Assembly (NCBI GenBank): GCA_963744145.1
Contig: CAVUSO010000001.1
Span: forward strand, 3,552,001 to 3,616,000
From: an uncultured cyanobacterium
GTDB taxonomy: Bacteria > Cyanobacteriota > Cyanobacteriia > Cyanobacteriales > CAWUOF01
Length of the DNA stretch: 64,000 bases
Direction of reading: 5' to 3'
Below are positions 9,829-20,065 of this stretch, in pieces. The translations under genes and the position numbers were made by a program. Every line of letters starts with the position of its first letter. The stretch's first letter is position 1. The notes beneath the pieces are model-generated. The model made no database searches and was not told the origin of the DNA. It saw only the letters and a list, made by a program, of their open reading frames with translations.

Positions 9829-11847
9829 TTATTTTGAGAAAAGATATAAACAAGTGATCGCACCATCACGCAATTTGATCTGATTAATAAATCCTATTTC
9901 TTTTAAAACATCTAAGCATCGCTGCACATCACAATCATCATAATGTAGCTCAAATACCGCATATTTTACTTGACTGAGTAGGTTTGGATAATTTTCAATA
10001 AAAAGTAGCTCTGCACCTTCGACATCACACTTTAATAAATCTATTTCTGAATTTTCATTTTCCAGGAATGTGAGATCAATATATGGCACTTCAATAGATC
10101 TAACAGGTAGGTCATCATATTTACTTGTTCTCTTAAAAATTGAGTTAGCTACTGGATATTTATCAGATTCAAATATCTTTTCTTTTCCTTCCCGAACACC
10201 AACTAATCCATGAAAAATTTGCCAATGATAGCGATCGGGTAGATTAATTTTTGCCAATCTGGATAGAAGTTGGGAATAAACTGTTGGACTTCCTTCAATC
10301 AGATTTATTTGTAAAGAAATTTCTAGGTTTTTATTTTGTAATATTAGGTCAGTTACTCTCATACTAAAAAATCCCACATTAGCACCTAAGTCTACACATT
10401 TAAAGGTTCCTTGATGCTTGGTTGATAAAGCTTGTTTAATCGGTAAATCATATTCTCCTTTTAGAAAAATTTCATCATAACAGTCCCATTCACCTTGGTT
10501 TTCAATTTCGACAATTAACCCAGAGCGTAAATGCAAACTTAGTGTTTGCTTGGTGAAAATTGAAATTGTTGCTATATTATGCAAAAGATCGGGATCATCT
10601 GGAATAATATCACGGGCTTTTTTATAAGTAGCGATCGCTTCATCTAAACGATATTGTGTTTTCAAAGCATTACCTAAATTTAGATAACTACCAAAGTGTT
10701 CTGGATTAACTGTGAGTGCTTGACGATAAATTTTTTCCGCTTGTTTAGCATCACCTTGTCGATACCAAATATTGCCCAGATTATTATAAGCATCAATATA
10801 ATTAGGATCGATTTCTATCGCTTTTTCATAAGCAGCGATCGCTTCTAGATTCTGTTCCATCTTTTGTAATACCATCCCAATCCCGTAGTAAACCAGTGCT
10901 TTTGAAGCATCAATTTCTAAAGCTTTATATAAGGCATTTATCGCTTCTGAATATCGATTTGTCGTATAATAAAGCATTCCTAAATTATACCAAATATCAA
11001 AATTATTTTCATCCCATTGGATAAATTGGTGATATTTTTCCTCTGCTCCAGTTAAATGTCCTTGTTGATGTAGTTCGATTGCTGCTTGATAAAGAGATGC
11101 TAATGCTTTTTTATTTTGCTGACAGGATAAGCTATAAATTGCTCGAACAACTGATTGGTTACGAATTTGGCAAAAAATTGTCCATTCATAGTTAGAAATT
11201 CTGGTTTGATCCCAACTCAAAATTTGGATCTCATGACCAAAAAGGGGATCAGCATCTTGAATATTAGATAAATCTACCACTAGCTGACATTGAGGATTAG
11301 CTGCGATGAAGTCCCAGGTTGCTTGTTGCACACTACCCCAATTACTATTATTGATCATAATTACTGATTGATCAGCAAGGAAAGGTCTAACTAGCAATAA
11401 TCCCAATAATTGGGATCTGTAATCATGCTTACTATTGTAAAAATATACACCAATTTTATCTTCTAATCCTATTTCTCGCAATTGAAAGAAAAATTCTTCT
11501 ACAGTTTGATTACAGAAAAGCACTTGTTCTTCCAAACCAAACTTAGCTAAATTTTCTGTCAATCTTTCTAATCTTTTATTCTCTGGATCAAATTCAGAAA
11601 AATTATCTACCGCATAACCCATTTTTTCAGGATGATTTAAAAGAGCCCCAATTAAAGTAGTCCCATCAGAACAGCCAATTTCACAATAAACTTCACTGGA
11701 TTCTAAACACGCTACTGCAAAATTGAGTAATGGGATGAGGTTGGTGATATTTATCCCTTCAATTTGAGTAGATTTAGGATCAGCTAAATCTTTTTCCTCG
11801 GTTGAGGATAATTCTGGTAGTTGCCCAATAAATCTTTGATAGTCCAT
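9829..11847 (-). CDS. Methyltransferase-like domain + TPR + FkbM-family methyltransferase
   Basis: Likely start MDYQRF (11847). Motifs: YCEIGCSDGTT, TPRs, then FkbM motifs VDLGANVGFFS and IDLLKCDVEGAE. Confidence 0.88.
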   Translation of the reverse strand: MDYQRFIGQLPELSSTEEKDLADPKSTQIEGINITNLIPLLNFAVACLESSEVYCEIGCSDGTTLIGALLNHPEKMGYAVDNFSEFDPENKRLERLTENLAKFGLEEQVLFCNQTVEEFFFQLREIGLEDKIGVYFYNSKHDYRSQLLGLLLVRPFLADQSVIMINNSNWGSVQQATWDFIAANPQCQLVVDLSNIQDADPLFGHEIQILSWDQTRISNYEWTIFCQIRNQSVVRAIYSLSCQQNKKALASLYQAAIELHQQGHLTGAEEKYHQFIQWDENNFDIWYNLGMLYYTTNRYSEAINALYKALEIDASKALVYYGIGMVLQKMEQNLEAIAAYEKAIEIDPNYIDAYNNLGNIWYRQGDAKQAEKIYRQALTVNPEHFGSYLNLGNALKTQYRLDEAIATYKKARDIIPDDPDLLHNIATISIFTKQTLSLHLRSGLIVEIENQGEWDCYDEIFLKGEYDLPIKQALSTKHQGTFKCVDLGANVGFFSMRVTDLILQNKNLEISLQINLIEGSPTVYSQLLSRLAKINLPDRYHWQIFHGLVGVREGKEKIFESDKYPVANSIFKRTSKYDDLPVRSIEVPYIDLTFLENENSEIDLLKCDVEGAELLFIENYPNLLSQVKYAVFELHYDDCDVQRCLDVLKEIGFINQIKLRDGAITCLYLFSK

Positions 11848-11855
11848 TTTTTTAA

Positions 11856-13898
11856 TTACTTCCAAAAAAACTCTACAAAAGCACTTCCTTCTCGTAACCT
11901 GGTATGATTAATAAATCCATACTCCCTTAAAAGCTGAAAACATTTATTGGGATCACAATAACTTTCATGCAGCTCGAATATGGCATAATTAACTCTACTA
12001 AATAAAGCTGGATAATTTTCTAGCAAAATTAGTTCGCTTCCTTCAATATCACATTTTAATAGATCGATTTCCTGAGCTTGGCTATATAAGGTCATTAGAT
12101 CAATATATTGGACATCAATACCTTTTTTTTTCGCACTTTCACTAAAAGTTGAGTTAACTGCTGGAAAAAGATCCGATTCCAATATTTTTTCGCTTCCTTG
12201 GGAATATCCAGCTAATCCCCAGATCAGTTTGATTTTATCTTGGAGAATATCTATTTTACTCATTCGGGATTGAAGATTAGAAAAAACTTGTGGACTTCCT
12301 TCAACTAGAGTTACTTCAAAATTAATTTGCGGTTTTTCTCGCATAATTAAGTCTGCTAATCTAATTGTAAAAAATCCAACATTAGCACCTAAATCCAAGC
12401 AACGAAAAACTTGGTCTGGTTTGAGCGAGTTTAAAACTTGTTTAATTGCTAAATCATATTCTCCATCGACAAAAATTTCATTGTAAACAATCCATTCAGA
12501 TGCGTTTTCGATTTTTATAGTTAGTCCAGATAATAAAGTCCAGCTCAGATAAAGTTTTTTCCAATTAGCACTGTACTCTAAGAATTCATTTCTGATCTTT
12601 TTTAATTTTGCCAAGATCTCAGAATTATTTGGCTCGATTGAGAGAGCTTTTTCATAGATCGTCAGTAATTCATCGGTTATAAAACCTTGTACCCTGATGA
12701 TATTCCCTAAATTTAAGTAACTATCAATATGTTCAGGGTTAACTGCGATCGCTTGACGATAAAATTTTTCTGCTGTGGGAAAATCACCTTTTCGATACAA
12801 AATATTACCGAGATTATTATACGCATGAATATAATTTGGGTCGAGAACAATAGCTTGTTGATATGCTGCGATTGCTTCAGGAATATTATCTATTTTTTCC
12901 CATACCAACCCCAATCCGTAATATCCGATCGCTTTAGATGAATCAATTGCTAAACATTTAGCAAGTGCTTGCCAAGCTTTTTGATATCGTTCCGTAGTAT
13001 AATAAAGCATCCCCAGATTGAACCAAGCATCAAAATTATGTTTTTCCCATAACAAAAATTGTTGATATTTTTGTTCAGCTTCTGCTAGATTTCCTTGTTG
13101 ATGTAGAATAAATGCTGCTTGACAAAGAGATTCTAAACGTTGCGGCTCTGGTTGATTTTCTAAATCGTAAATTTCCGAAATAACTTTTTTTGGATGTTGG
13201 TCAGATAACAAATTTAAAGAGGATATTTGTGATTTTTCTACATCCCATCTCAAAATATAAATATTCGGGGTTTCTTCACCTATCTTAGTACCAAATTGAG
13301 GCAAATGTAGTAAAATTTGTGCAGCAGGATAATCATTTATAAAATCATCAATTGCTTGTCTAACAGTTGGATTTCGATTATTAATAATCAGCAATGCTTG
13401 CTCAGTCAAAAAAGGTTTGACTAGCAATAACCCTAATAACACTGAGTGGTAATCTGAGTCCGCATCATAAAAATAAAGTCCGATTTCTTCTGTTACTTCT
13501 AACTCATTCAATTCTAAGAAAAACTGTTCAAAATTTTGATTGTATAAAAAACCTTGTTCTGCTAGTCCAAGTTTAACTAATTTTTCTGTCCATTTTTCTA
13601 ATTTTTCATCTTCTGAATCAAAGTCAGCAAAATCATCTACTACATAACCCATCTGTTCAGGATGATTGAGGAGTGTTCCGATTAAAGCTGTGTTCTGGAA
13701 ACATCCTAACTGACAATAAACTTCACCGGGTTCTAGACAATCAGCAGCAAAATTACATAACTGCATTAGATTAGCGGTAGTCCGATTTTGCAGTTCTCCT
13801 AGTAATAATTGAAACTGATCCGATTTAGGATGTACTGACTCCTCTCCCCAGTTTTCGTATAATTCAGATAGTTGCTCAATAAATTTTTGGTAATTCAT
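11856..13898 (-). CDS. Degenerate methyltransferase-like domain + TPR + FkbM-family methyltransferase
   Basis: MNYQKFIEQL N-module, TPRs, LDLGANVGFFT, IDLLKCDIEGSE. Confidence 0.88.
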   Translation of the reverse strand: MNYQKFIEQLSELYENWGEESVHPKSDQFQLLLGELQNRTTANLMQLCNFAADCLEPGEVYCQLGCFQNTALIGTLLNHPEQMGYVVDDFADFDSEDEKLEKWTEKLVKLGLAEQGFLYNQNFEQFFLELNELEVTEEIGLYFYDADSDYHSVLLGLLLVKPFLTEQALLIINNRNPTVRQAIDDFINDYPAAQILLHLPQFGTKIGEETPNIYILRWDVEKSQISSLNLLSDQHPKKVISEIYDLENQPEPQRLESLCQAAFILHQQGNLAEAEQKYQQFLLWEKHNFDAWFNLGMLYYTTERYQKAWQALAKCLAIDSSKAIGYYGLGLVWEKIDNIPEAIAAYQQAIVLDPNYIHAYNNLGNILYRKGDFPTAEKFYRQAIAVNPEHIDSYLNLGNIIRVQGFITDELLTIYEKALSIEPNNSEILAKLKKIRNEFLEYSANWKKLYLSWTLLSGLTIKIENASEWIVYNEIFVDGEYDLAIKQVLNSLKPDQVFRCLDLGANVGFFTIRLADLIMREKPQINFEVTLVEGSPQVFSNLQSRMSKIDILQDKIKLIWGLAGYSQGSEKILESDLFPAVNSTFSESAKKKGIDVQYIDLMTLYSQAQEIDLLKCDIEGSELILLENYPALFSRVNYAIFELHESYCDPNKCFQLLREYGFINHTRLREGSAFVEFFWK

Positions 13899-13913
13899 AG
13901 ATAAGTCCTAATG

Positions 13914-15563
13914 TTATTTCCAGAAAAATTCTACAATAGCATATTCTTCTCTTAACCTGATATGATTGATCAACCCATAATTCTTTAAAAGTTGAATACA
14001 TTTATTGGGGTCACAATAATTTTCATGCAGCTCGAATATGGCATAATTAACTCTGTTAAATAAAGCTGGATAATTTTCTAGCAAAATTAGTTCGCTTCCT
14101 TCAATATCACATTTTAATAGATCGATTTTCTGAGCTGGACTAGATAAGGTCATTAGATCAATATATTGAACATCAATACCTTTTATTTTAGCACTTTCAC
14201 TAAAAATTGAGTTAGCTGCTGGAAAAAAATCCGATTCAAATATTTTTTCGCTTCCTTGAGAATGTCCAGCTAATCCCCAGATCAGTTTGATTTTATCTTG
14301 GAGAATATTTATTTTACTCATCCGGGATTGAAGATTAGAAAAAACTTGTGGACTTCCTTCGATTAGAGTTACTTCAAAATTAATTTGCGGTTTTTCTCGC
14401 ATAATTAAGTCCGCTAATCTCATGGTAAAAAATCCGACATTAGCACCTAAATCCAAGCAACGAAAAACTTGGTCTGGTTTGACAGAGTTTAAAGCTTGTT
14501 TAATGGCAAAATCATATTCTCCCTCGACGAAAATTTCATTGTAAATAAACCATTCAGAGCGATTTTCTATTTTTATAGTTAGTCCAGATAATAATGTCCA
14601 GCTCAGATCAAGTTTTTTCCAATTATCTCTTGATGCTAAGATGTGATTTCTAACTTTTTCTAATTTAGACAAGATCTCAGGATGATCTGGTTCGATTAAG
14701 AGAGCTTTTTCATAGGTAATTAGTGATTCATCAGCTATTCCCTGGATACTTAACACATTACCTAAATTCAAGTAATTGTCAATGTTTTCGGGTTGAACAG
14801 CGATCGCTTGACGATAAATTTTTTCGGCTGAGGGAAAATCACCTTTTTGACACAAAATATTACCGAGGTGATGATACGCATCAATATAATGGCGATCGGC
14901 TCCCAAATTTAAAGAGGATGTTTGAGATTTTTCTATGTCCCATTTCAAAATAGAAATACTCGGAATTTCTGGAGATATTCTCAGTGCAGTTGAATGATCG
15001 ATCATAAAATCAGTAATTGCTTGTTTCACTGATGGTCCTCGATTATTAATCAGCAGTAACGCTTGGTCAGTCAAAAAAGGTTTAACTAGCAATAACCCTA
15101 ATAACACTGAGTGGTAATCTGAGTCCCCATCATAAAAATAAAGTCCAATTTTTTCGGTTACTTTCAACTCATCCCATTCCTGAAAAAATTGTTCAAAATT
15201 TTGATTGCATAAAAAAACTTTTTCTGCTACTCCGAGTTTAATTAGCTGATTTGACCATTTTTCTAATTTTTCATTTTCTAAGTCAAATGCCAAAAAATCA
15301 TCGACTACATAGCAGAGCTGCTCAGGATGGTTGAGGAGTATTCCGATTAAAGCTATATTTTGCAAATATCCGATTTGACAATAAACTTCACCAGGTGCTA
15401 GACAATCAGCAGCCAAATCACATAATTGCAGGAGATTAGCTGTAGCTTGATCTGGAATTTCTTCTAGCACTACTTGAAATTTGTTAGACTTGGGATGACC
15501 TGATTCCTGTTCCCAATTTTCAGATAATTTAGGTAATTGCTCAATCAATTTTTGGTAATTCAT
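13914..15563 (-). CDS. Degenerate methyltransferase-like domain + short TPR + FkbM-family methyltransferase
   Basis: Paralog of 11856-13898 that lacks the first TPR block; FkbM domain nearly identical. Confidence 0.88.
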   Translation of the reverse strand: MNYQKLIEQLPKLSENWEQESGHPKSNKFQVVLEEIPDQATANLLQLCDLAADCLAPGEVYCQIGYLQNIALIGILLNHPEQLCYVVDDFLAFDLENEKLEKWSNQLIKLGVAEKVFLCNQNFEQFFQEWDELKVTEKIGLYFYDGDSDYHSVLLGLLLVKPFLTDQALLLINNRGPSVKQAITDFMIDHSTALRISPEIPSISILKWDIEKSQTSSLNLGADRHYIDAYHHLGNILCQKGDFPSAEKIYRQAIAVQPENIDNYLNLGNVLSIQGIADESLITYEKALLIEPDHPEILSKLEKVRNHILASRDNWKKLDLSWTLLSGLTIKIENRSEWFIYNEIFVEGEYDFAIKQALNSVKPDQVFRCLDLGANVGFFTMRLADLIMREKPQINFEVTLIEGSPQVFSNLQSRMSKINILQDKIKLIWGLAGHSQGSEKIFESDFFPAANSIFSESAKIKGIDVQYIDLMTLSSPAQKIDLLKCDIEGSELILLENYPALFNRVNYAIFELHENYCDPNKCIQLLKNYGLINHIRLREEYAIVEFFWK

Positions 15564-15592
15564 ATATAGTTCGATGTAATTAATTTTTATCC

Positions 15593-16312
15593 CTACAAAT
15601 TTAATCCATACTTTAAAGCTATTTGTAAACTATTTTCGGCTGATTTTTGTAATGCTTTAGTGATAATTTCTTGATATTGAAATGAAATTCGGAAGTCTTG
15701 ATCATGTTGTAAAAGTTTATATTCAATTTGATCATTCCAGAAAAAATAAGTATTCCAATACAGCATTCCCCCATTCAAAATTCTGATCATATTTTCCTCT
15801 TCTTCGCCAAAATTCAGATATTCAATAATCGGATATTTGGGTAAGAAAATTAAGATATTTCCATCGTTCCAAACCAAGTATCTGTGATGATGATAACCCC
15901 GCCAAGGAGGTGAACTAGCATCTACACCTCTACAACATTCAGCTATAGGTGCAGGAGTTTCAATATATCCAGATTTAGCGATCCGTGACATTTCTTGGCA
16001 TAACCATAAAGGATTATATATATCCTCTAGGGTATGGCGACAGTAGATAAAATCTACGCTTTTATTTGCATAAGGTAACGGATCTTTATTAATATCCAAA
16101 CAATGAACAGTTTGATTAGCTAAAATTGACGAATTCTGCCAATCAACAAATTCAGTTGCTAAGGAAAAAGGTTGGCGTCCAGGACCAATTTCTACAATCA
16201 ATTTCTGTTGAGACGCAAGGGATTGAACAACTTGCTGTATGGCTGGGTATGGACTCCAATAAGGCTGGGTTATTTTTAGTTCTTCAGTCATATGTTGAGC
16301 AGAAATAGCCAA
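15593..16312 (-). CDS. Class I SAM-dependent methyltransferase (Methyltransf_11-like)
   Basis: VEIGPG, LPYANKSVDFIYCRHTLEDI, EMSRIAKSGYIETP. The start may be the ATG at 16291. Confidence 0.82.
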   Translation of the reverse strand: MAISAQHMTEELKITQPYWSPYPAIQQVVQSLASQQKLIVEIGPGRQPFSLATEFVDWQNSSILANQTVHCLDINKDPLPYANKSVDFIYCRHTLEDIYNPLWLCQEMSRIAKSGYIETPAPIAECCRGVDASSPPWRGYHHHRYLVWNDGNILIFLPKYPIIEYLNFGEEEENMIRILNGGMLYWNTYFFWNDQIEYKLLQHDQDFRISFQYQEIITKALQKSAENSLQIALKYGLNL

Positions 16313-16321
16313 TATTAATGA

Positions 16322-16500
16322 TTATTAGTCTGTGGGAGGATTGGGCACTCGCTAATCTGACAAAAAATTTAATTGTGACGGCTAGAGAAAAAGAGTTATC
16401 CCCAGACCAAACTTGGAACCAGCAAATTCTAATAAATGGCCCATGAATTAAGTTAACTCCTATAAAGTTATAATCATCTATAACAATGGTTTGCCCAAAA
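16322..16500 (-). pseudogene. Collapsed remnant of the 6246-6962 methyltransferase gene and its upstream region
   Basis: 16322-16350 matches 6243-6274 (gene end), 16371-16449 matches 6795-6874 (internal), 16449-16500 matches 6962-7015 (upstream). Blocks are colinear with large internal deletions. Confidence 0.85.
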
Positions 16501-16648
16501 ATAGCGATCGCTATTTTGCCAGCAGCTCAGTTAGTCCATTCTAGCAAAAAAGTAACAAGAGCAGGTATTTAAGGCTATAATACCCAAATTTTATTTCTGA
16601 TCGATAACTACCCCTTAAAAAAATTTAACTAGCATTGAGAGGAAGCTA

Positions 16649-19600
16649 ATGAGAATTGCATTTGTAGACTTACTAACTTGGGATTACAAAGTTGAAAGCG
16701 CTTATCAAATGCCCCTGGGAGGTTCCCAGTCCGCTCTTTGCTATCTAGCTGAAGCCCTAGCCCAGCAAGGGCATGAAGTATTTCTTTTTAATCATACCTT
16801 ACGCTCTGGCATATCCTGCGGTGTCGTCTGTTTACATCTATCATCAATGTCACCGGAACTGACACAGTCCTTGGATGTCTTGATTATTCAGAATAGCCCC
16901 GGACATGGGGTGCAAATCAGATCAATTCTAGGAGATCAGATTCCCCTGATTCTGTGGACCCAACATAGTTACAATCAACCAGCGACATACCCTTTGCAAG
17001 ATCCCCAAGAACGCGATATTTATGATGCGATTGTCCTGATCAGTGATTGGCAAAGGGATTGTTTCCATCAATATCTGGGCATTAATCCTAGCCAGACTTG
17101 GGTGCTTCGTAATGCGATCGGACCAGCTTTTGCCAATATTTTTCCCGCCGATACTAGCATCCTGGCCCAAAAATCCCAACCTCCCGTTCTTGCCTACACT
17201 AGTACACCTTTTCGAGGTCTGAATATCCTCCTCGATGTTTTCCCCAGAATTCGCCAAGCCATACCTGGGACTAGGCTCAAAGTATTTTCTAGCATGAAGG
17301 TTTATCAATGTGCAGAAACTGAGGAAAATTCTGAATATAGTGCCCTGTATCGTCAATGTCGCGACACGGAGGGAGTTGAATATATTGGTTCTATACCACA
17401 ACCTGACTTGGCTCGCGAGCTTAAATCCGTCAATGTCTTAGCATATCCCAATTCTTTTGCCGAAACTTCATGTATTGCCGTGATGGAAGCAATGGCCAGT
17501 GGTTGTCGGATCGTCACCAGTGATTTAGGAGCTTTACCAGAAACTACGGCTGGGTTTGCCCGTTTAATCTCGATGGAGCCGGATTGGGAAATCTACAAAA
17601 ATCATTTTGTCGATGAGATGATTCAGATCTTACAAGAATTTACAGCGACAGATACTACTAAGCTCGAAACTCTGTTAAGACAACAGGTAGACTATGTGAA
17701 TAGCTCCTATATCTGGTCAGTTCGGGCTAGGGAATGGGTGGAATGGTTGACTGATTTTTGTGCTAAAAGTCGCGTAACACCATCCTTGAGTTTATTAGCC
17801 CCGCATCCGGAACCTCCTGCTGATCTAGGACAGCAAGCATACCAATGCTTAATTCAAAATGAATATGCTGAAGCTGTTAGTTGGTATGAACAAGCTATTG
17901 CGGCTGACTCTACTGTCATGTCTCACTATTGGCATTTGGGGTTAGGATTACTTTTGCAAGGTCAAGAAGCAGAAGCTCAATCTACTTGGTTGCTAGCCAT
18001 GGCAGATGGGACAGAGGCAGAAATTGAACTATGGACAGCTGAGTTGATCCAAGTATTGCAAACCGAAGCCCAACGACGCGAAAATTTAGCAGAAGATCAA
18101 ATTGTTTGGGCGATTCGACAGCATATTCGCGAAATTGTACCTACTGATCTTAATAATCTTTTGGCTCTAGTTCTACTGGCCATCAAACTGGAAATTTTAA
18201 CTGGGGAGGAATTGGGTGAAGCGATCGCCCTACTTAAATCAGTCCCAAAACCAGAGGTCAACTCCCATCTTTTATTGCAAGTTCTACGTCAGATGTTAGC
18301 TTACCTACCTTTGCATCCTTCATCTCTAGAACTAGCTGAAACTTGTTTACCTTATGTTGTTGAGGAACCGACATCTTTTTTAGCAATCATCTTTCCCGCA
18401 GCGATTAAAATTGCTTACTCCTCCAATGTCGCCGGATTGGCAGCAATGTTAATGGAGCTATGTTGGCAATTAACTCCTGGAAATCCCGAAGTTTTATATC
18501 AGTTAGCTGCTTTTTATCAAGATGCTCTTGATTATACTAAAGGTATCGATACTGCTAAATCTTGCTATGCACTTTCCCCCGCATTACCTGCGAGAATTTA
18601 TAGTAATTACCTGATCATGCGGGGTTTGATGAAAGCTGGTGGTCATTGGCAAGAATTTGATGAAATTGCCCAACGACAAGATTTACTCTGTCAGGAATTA
18701 ATTGCCGTAGAACCCTTACTTGATCAGACTATGAGTCTGCGGATGTTTAACAGTAACTACTTTTTACCCTATTTTCGAGATGATCTAAAAAATCATCGCC
18801 AAATTCAAAATCAGCTAGCTCGAGTTGGTCAGTCTAATCTCCGACTGAGTAATCAAGTTTTAACCGAAAAATGTCGTCAAAGAATATCTTCTATTCCTCA
18901 AATAAATCCTGGTAGACCTTTAAAAATTGGTTATTTATCTCATTGTCTAAAAAGACATTCTGTCGGCTGGTTGGCTCGGTGGATTTTTCAACATCATGAT
19001 CGCGATCGCTTTCAAATTTTTGCTTATTTACTTAATGCTACTCAGCGAGATGATTTACTGCAAGAATGGTATATAAAACAAGCTTTTAAGGCTTACAAAT
19101 TTGGGTTAGAGTTAACAGAAGTGGTCGAGCAAATTTGTGAAGATGAAATTGATATATTGGTGGATTTAGATAGTATTACCCTCGATATTACTTGTGGGAT
19201 TATGGCTCTAAAACCAGCACCGATTCAAGTAACCTGGTTGGGTTGGGATGCAGCGGGAATACCAGCGATCGATTACTTTATTGCTGATCCTTATGTATTA
19301 CCAGATTATGCAGAGGATTACTACCAAGAAAAAATCTGGCGATTACCCCAAACTTATATTGCTGTTGATGGATTTGAACTAGATGTACCCAGCTTACGAC
19401 GGGAACAGTTAAATTTACCCGCAGATGCAGTAATTTATTTTAGTGCCCAGAGAGGTTTTAAACAACATCCCCAAGCCGCAAGACTGCAAATTAAGATTCT
19501 GAAAAATGTCCCAAATAGTTACTTTTTAATTAAGTGTTTAGCTGATCAAGAATCGATCAAAAATCTATTTTTCCAAATTGGAGAGGAAGAAGGTGTAGAG

Positions 19601-20011
19601 CGCGATCGCTTGATATTTTTACCAGAGATTCCTTTAGAAGAAGTTCATCGAGCTAACTTAGGAATTGCCGACATAGTGCTAGATACCTATCCCTATAATG
19701 GAGCCTCAACAACTTTAGAAACATTGTGGATGGAGATTCCTTTAGTGACCAGAGTAGGAGAACAATTTGCTAGTCGCAATAGCTATACCATGATGATGAA
19801 TGTGGGAATAACCGAAGGAATTGCTTGGACAGATGAGGAATATGTAGAATGGGGAGTTAGGTTAGGAAAAGAGCCGCTTTTACGGCAAAATATATCATGG
19901 CGTCTGCGCCAAGCCAAGCAAACATCTCCTTTGTGGAATGCCCAGCAATTTACCCGTGAGATGGAAAAAGCTTACCAGCAAATGTGGGAAAATTATCTAA
20001 AAAACAGATAA
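16649..20011 (+). CDS. GT4 glycosyltransferase fused to a GT41 (OGT/SPINDLY) protein
   Basis: N-terminal GT4: GGSQSA, YTSTPFRGL, ETSCIAVMEAMASG. C-terminal GT41: LKIGYLSHCLKRHSVGW, KPAPIQVTWLG, DTYPYNGASTTLETLW. Confidence 0.9.
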   Translation: MRIAFVDLLTWDYKVESAYQMPLGGSQSALCYLAEALAQQGHEVFLFNHTLRSGISCGVVCLHLSSMSPELTQSLDVLIIQNSPGHGVQIRSILGDQIPLILWTQHSYNQPATYPLQDPQERDIYDAIVLISDWQRDCFHQYLGINPSQTWVLRNAIGPAFANIFPADTSILAQKSQPPVLAYTSTPFRGLNILLDVFPRIRQAIPGTRLKVFSSMKVYQCAETEENSEYSALYRQCRDTEGVEYIGSIPQPDLARELKSVNVLAYPNSFAETSCIAVMEAMASGCRIVTSDLGALPETTAGFARLISMEPDWEIYKNHFVDEMIQILQEFTATDTTKLETLLRQQVDYVNSSYIWSVRAREWVEWLTDFCAKSRVTPSLSLLAPHPEPPADLGQQAYQCLIQNEYAEAVSWYEQAIAADSTVMSHYWHLGLGLLLQGQEAEAQSTWLLAMADGTEAEIELWTAELIQVLQTEAQRRENLAEDQIVWAIRQHIREIVPTDLNNLLALVLLAIKLEILTGEELGEAIALLKSVPKPEVNSHLLLQVLRQMLAYLPLHPSSLELAETCLPYVVEEPTSFLAIIFPAAIKIAYSSNVAGLAAMLMELCWQLTPGNPEVLYQLAAFYQDALDYTKGIDTAKSCYALSPALPARIYSNYLIMRGLMKAGGHWQEFDEIAQRQDLLCQELIAVEPLLDQTMSLRMFNSNYFLPYFRDDLKNHRQIQNQLARVGQSNLRLSNQVLTEKCRQRISSIPQINPGRPLKIGYLSHCLKRHSVGWLARWIFQHHDRDRFQIFAYLLNATQRDDLLQEWYIKQAFKAYKFGLELTEVVEQICEDEIDILVDLDSITLDITCGIMALKPAPIQVTWLGWDAAGIPAIDYFIADPYVLPDYAEDYYQEKIWRLPQTYIAVDGFELDVPSLRREQLNLPADAVIYFSAQRGFKQHPQAARLQIKILKNVPNSYFLIKCLADQESIKNLFFQIGEEEGVERDRLIFLPEIPLEEVHRANLGIADIVLDTYPYNGASTTLETLWMEIPLVTRVGEQFASRNSYTMMMNVGITEGIAWTDEEYVEWGVRLGKEPLLRQNISWRLRQAKQTSPLWNAQQFTREMEKAYQQMWENYLKNR

Positions 20012-20065
20012 TCTTTAAATCTAGGTCAGTAAGATAGCAAATTTAGTTAGTCAGGAGGTAATTTC

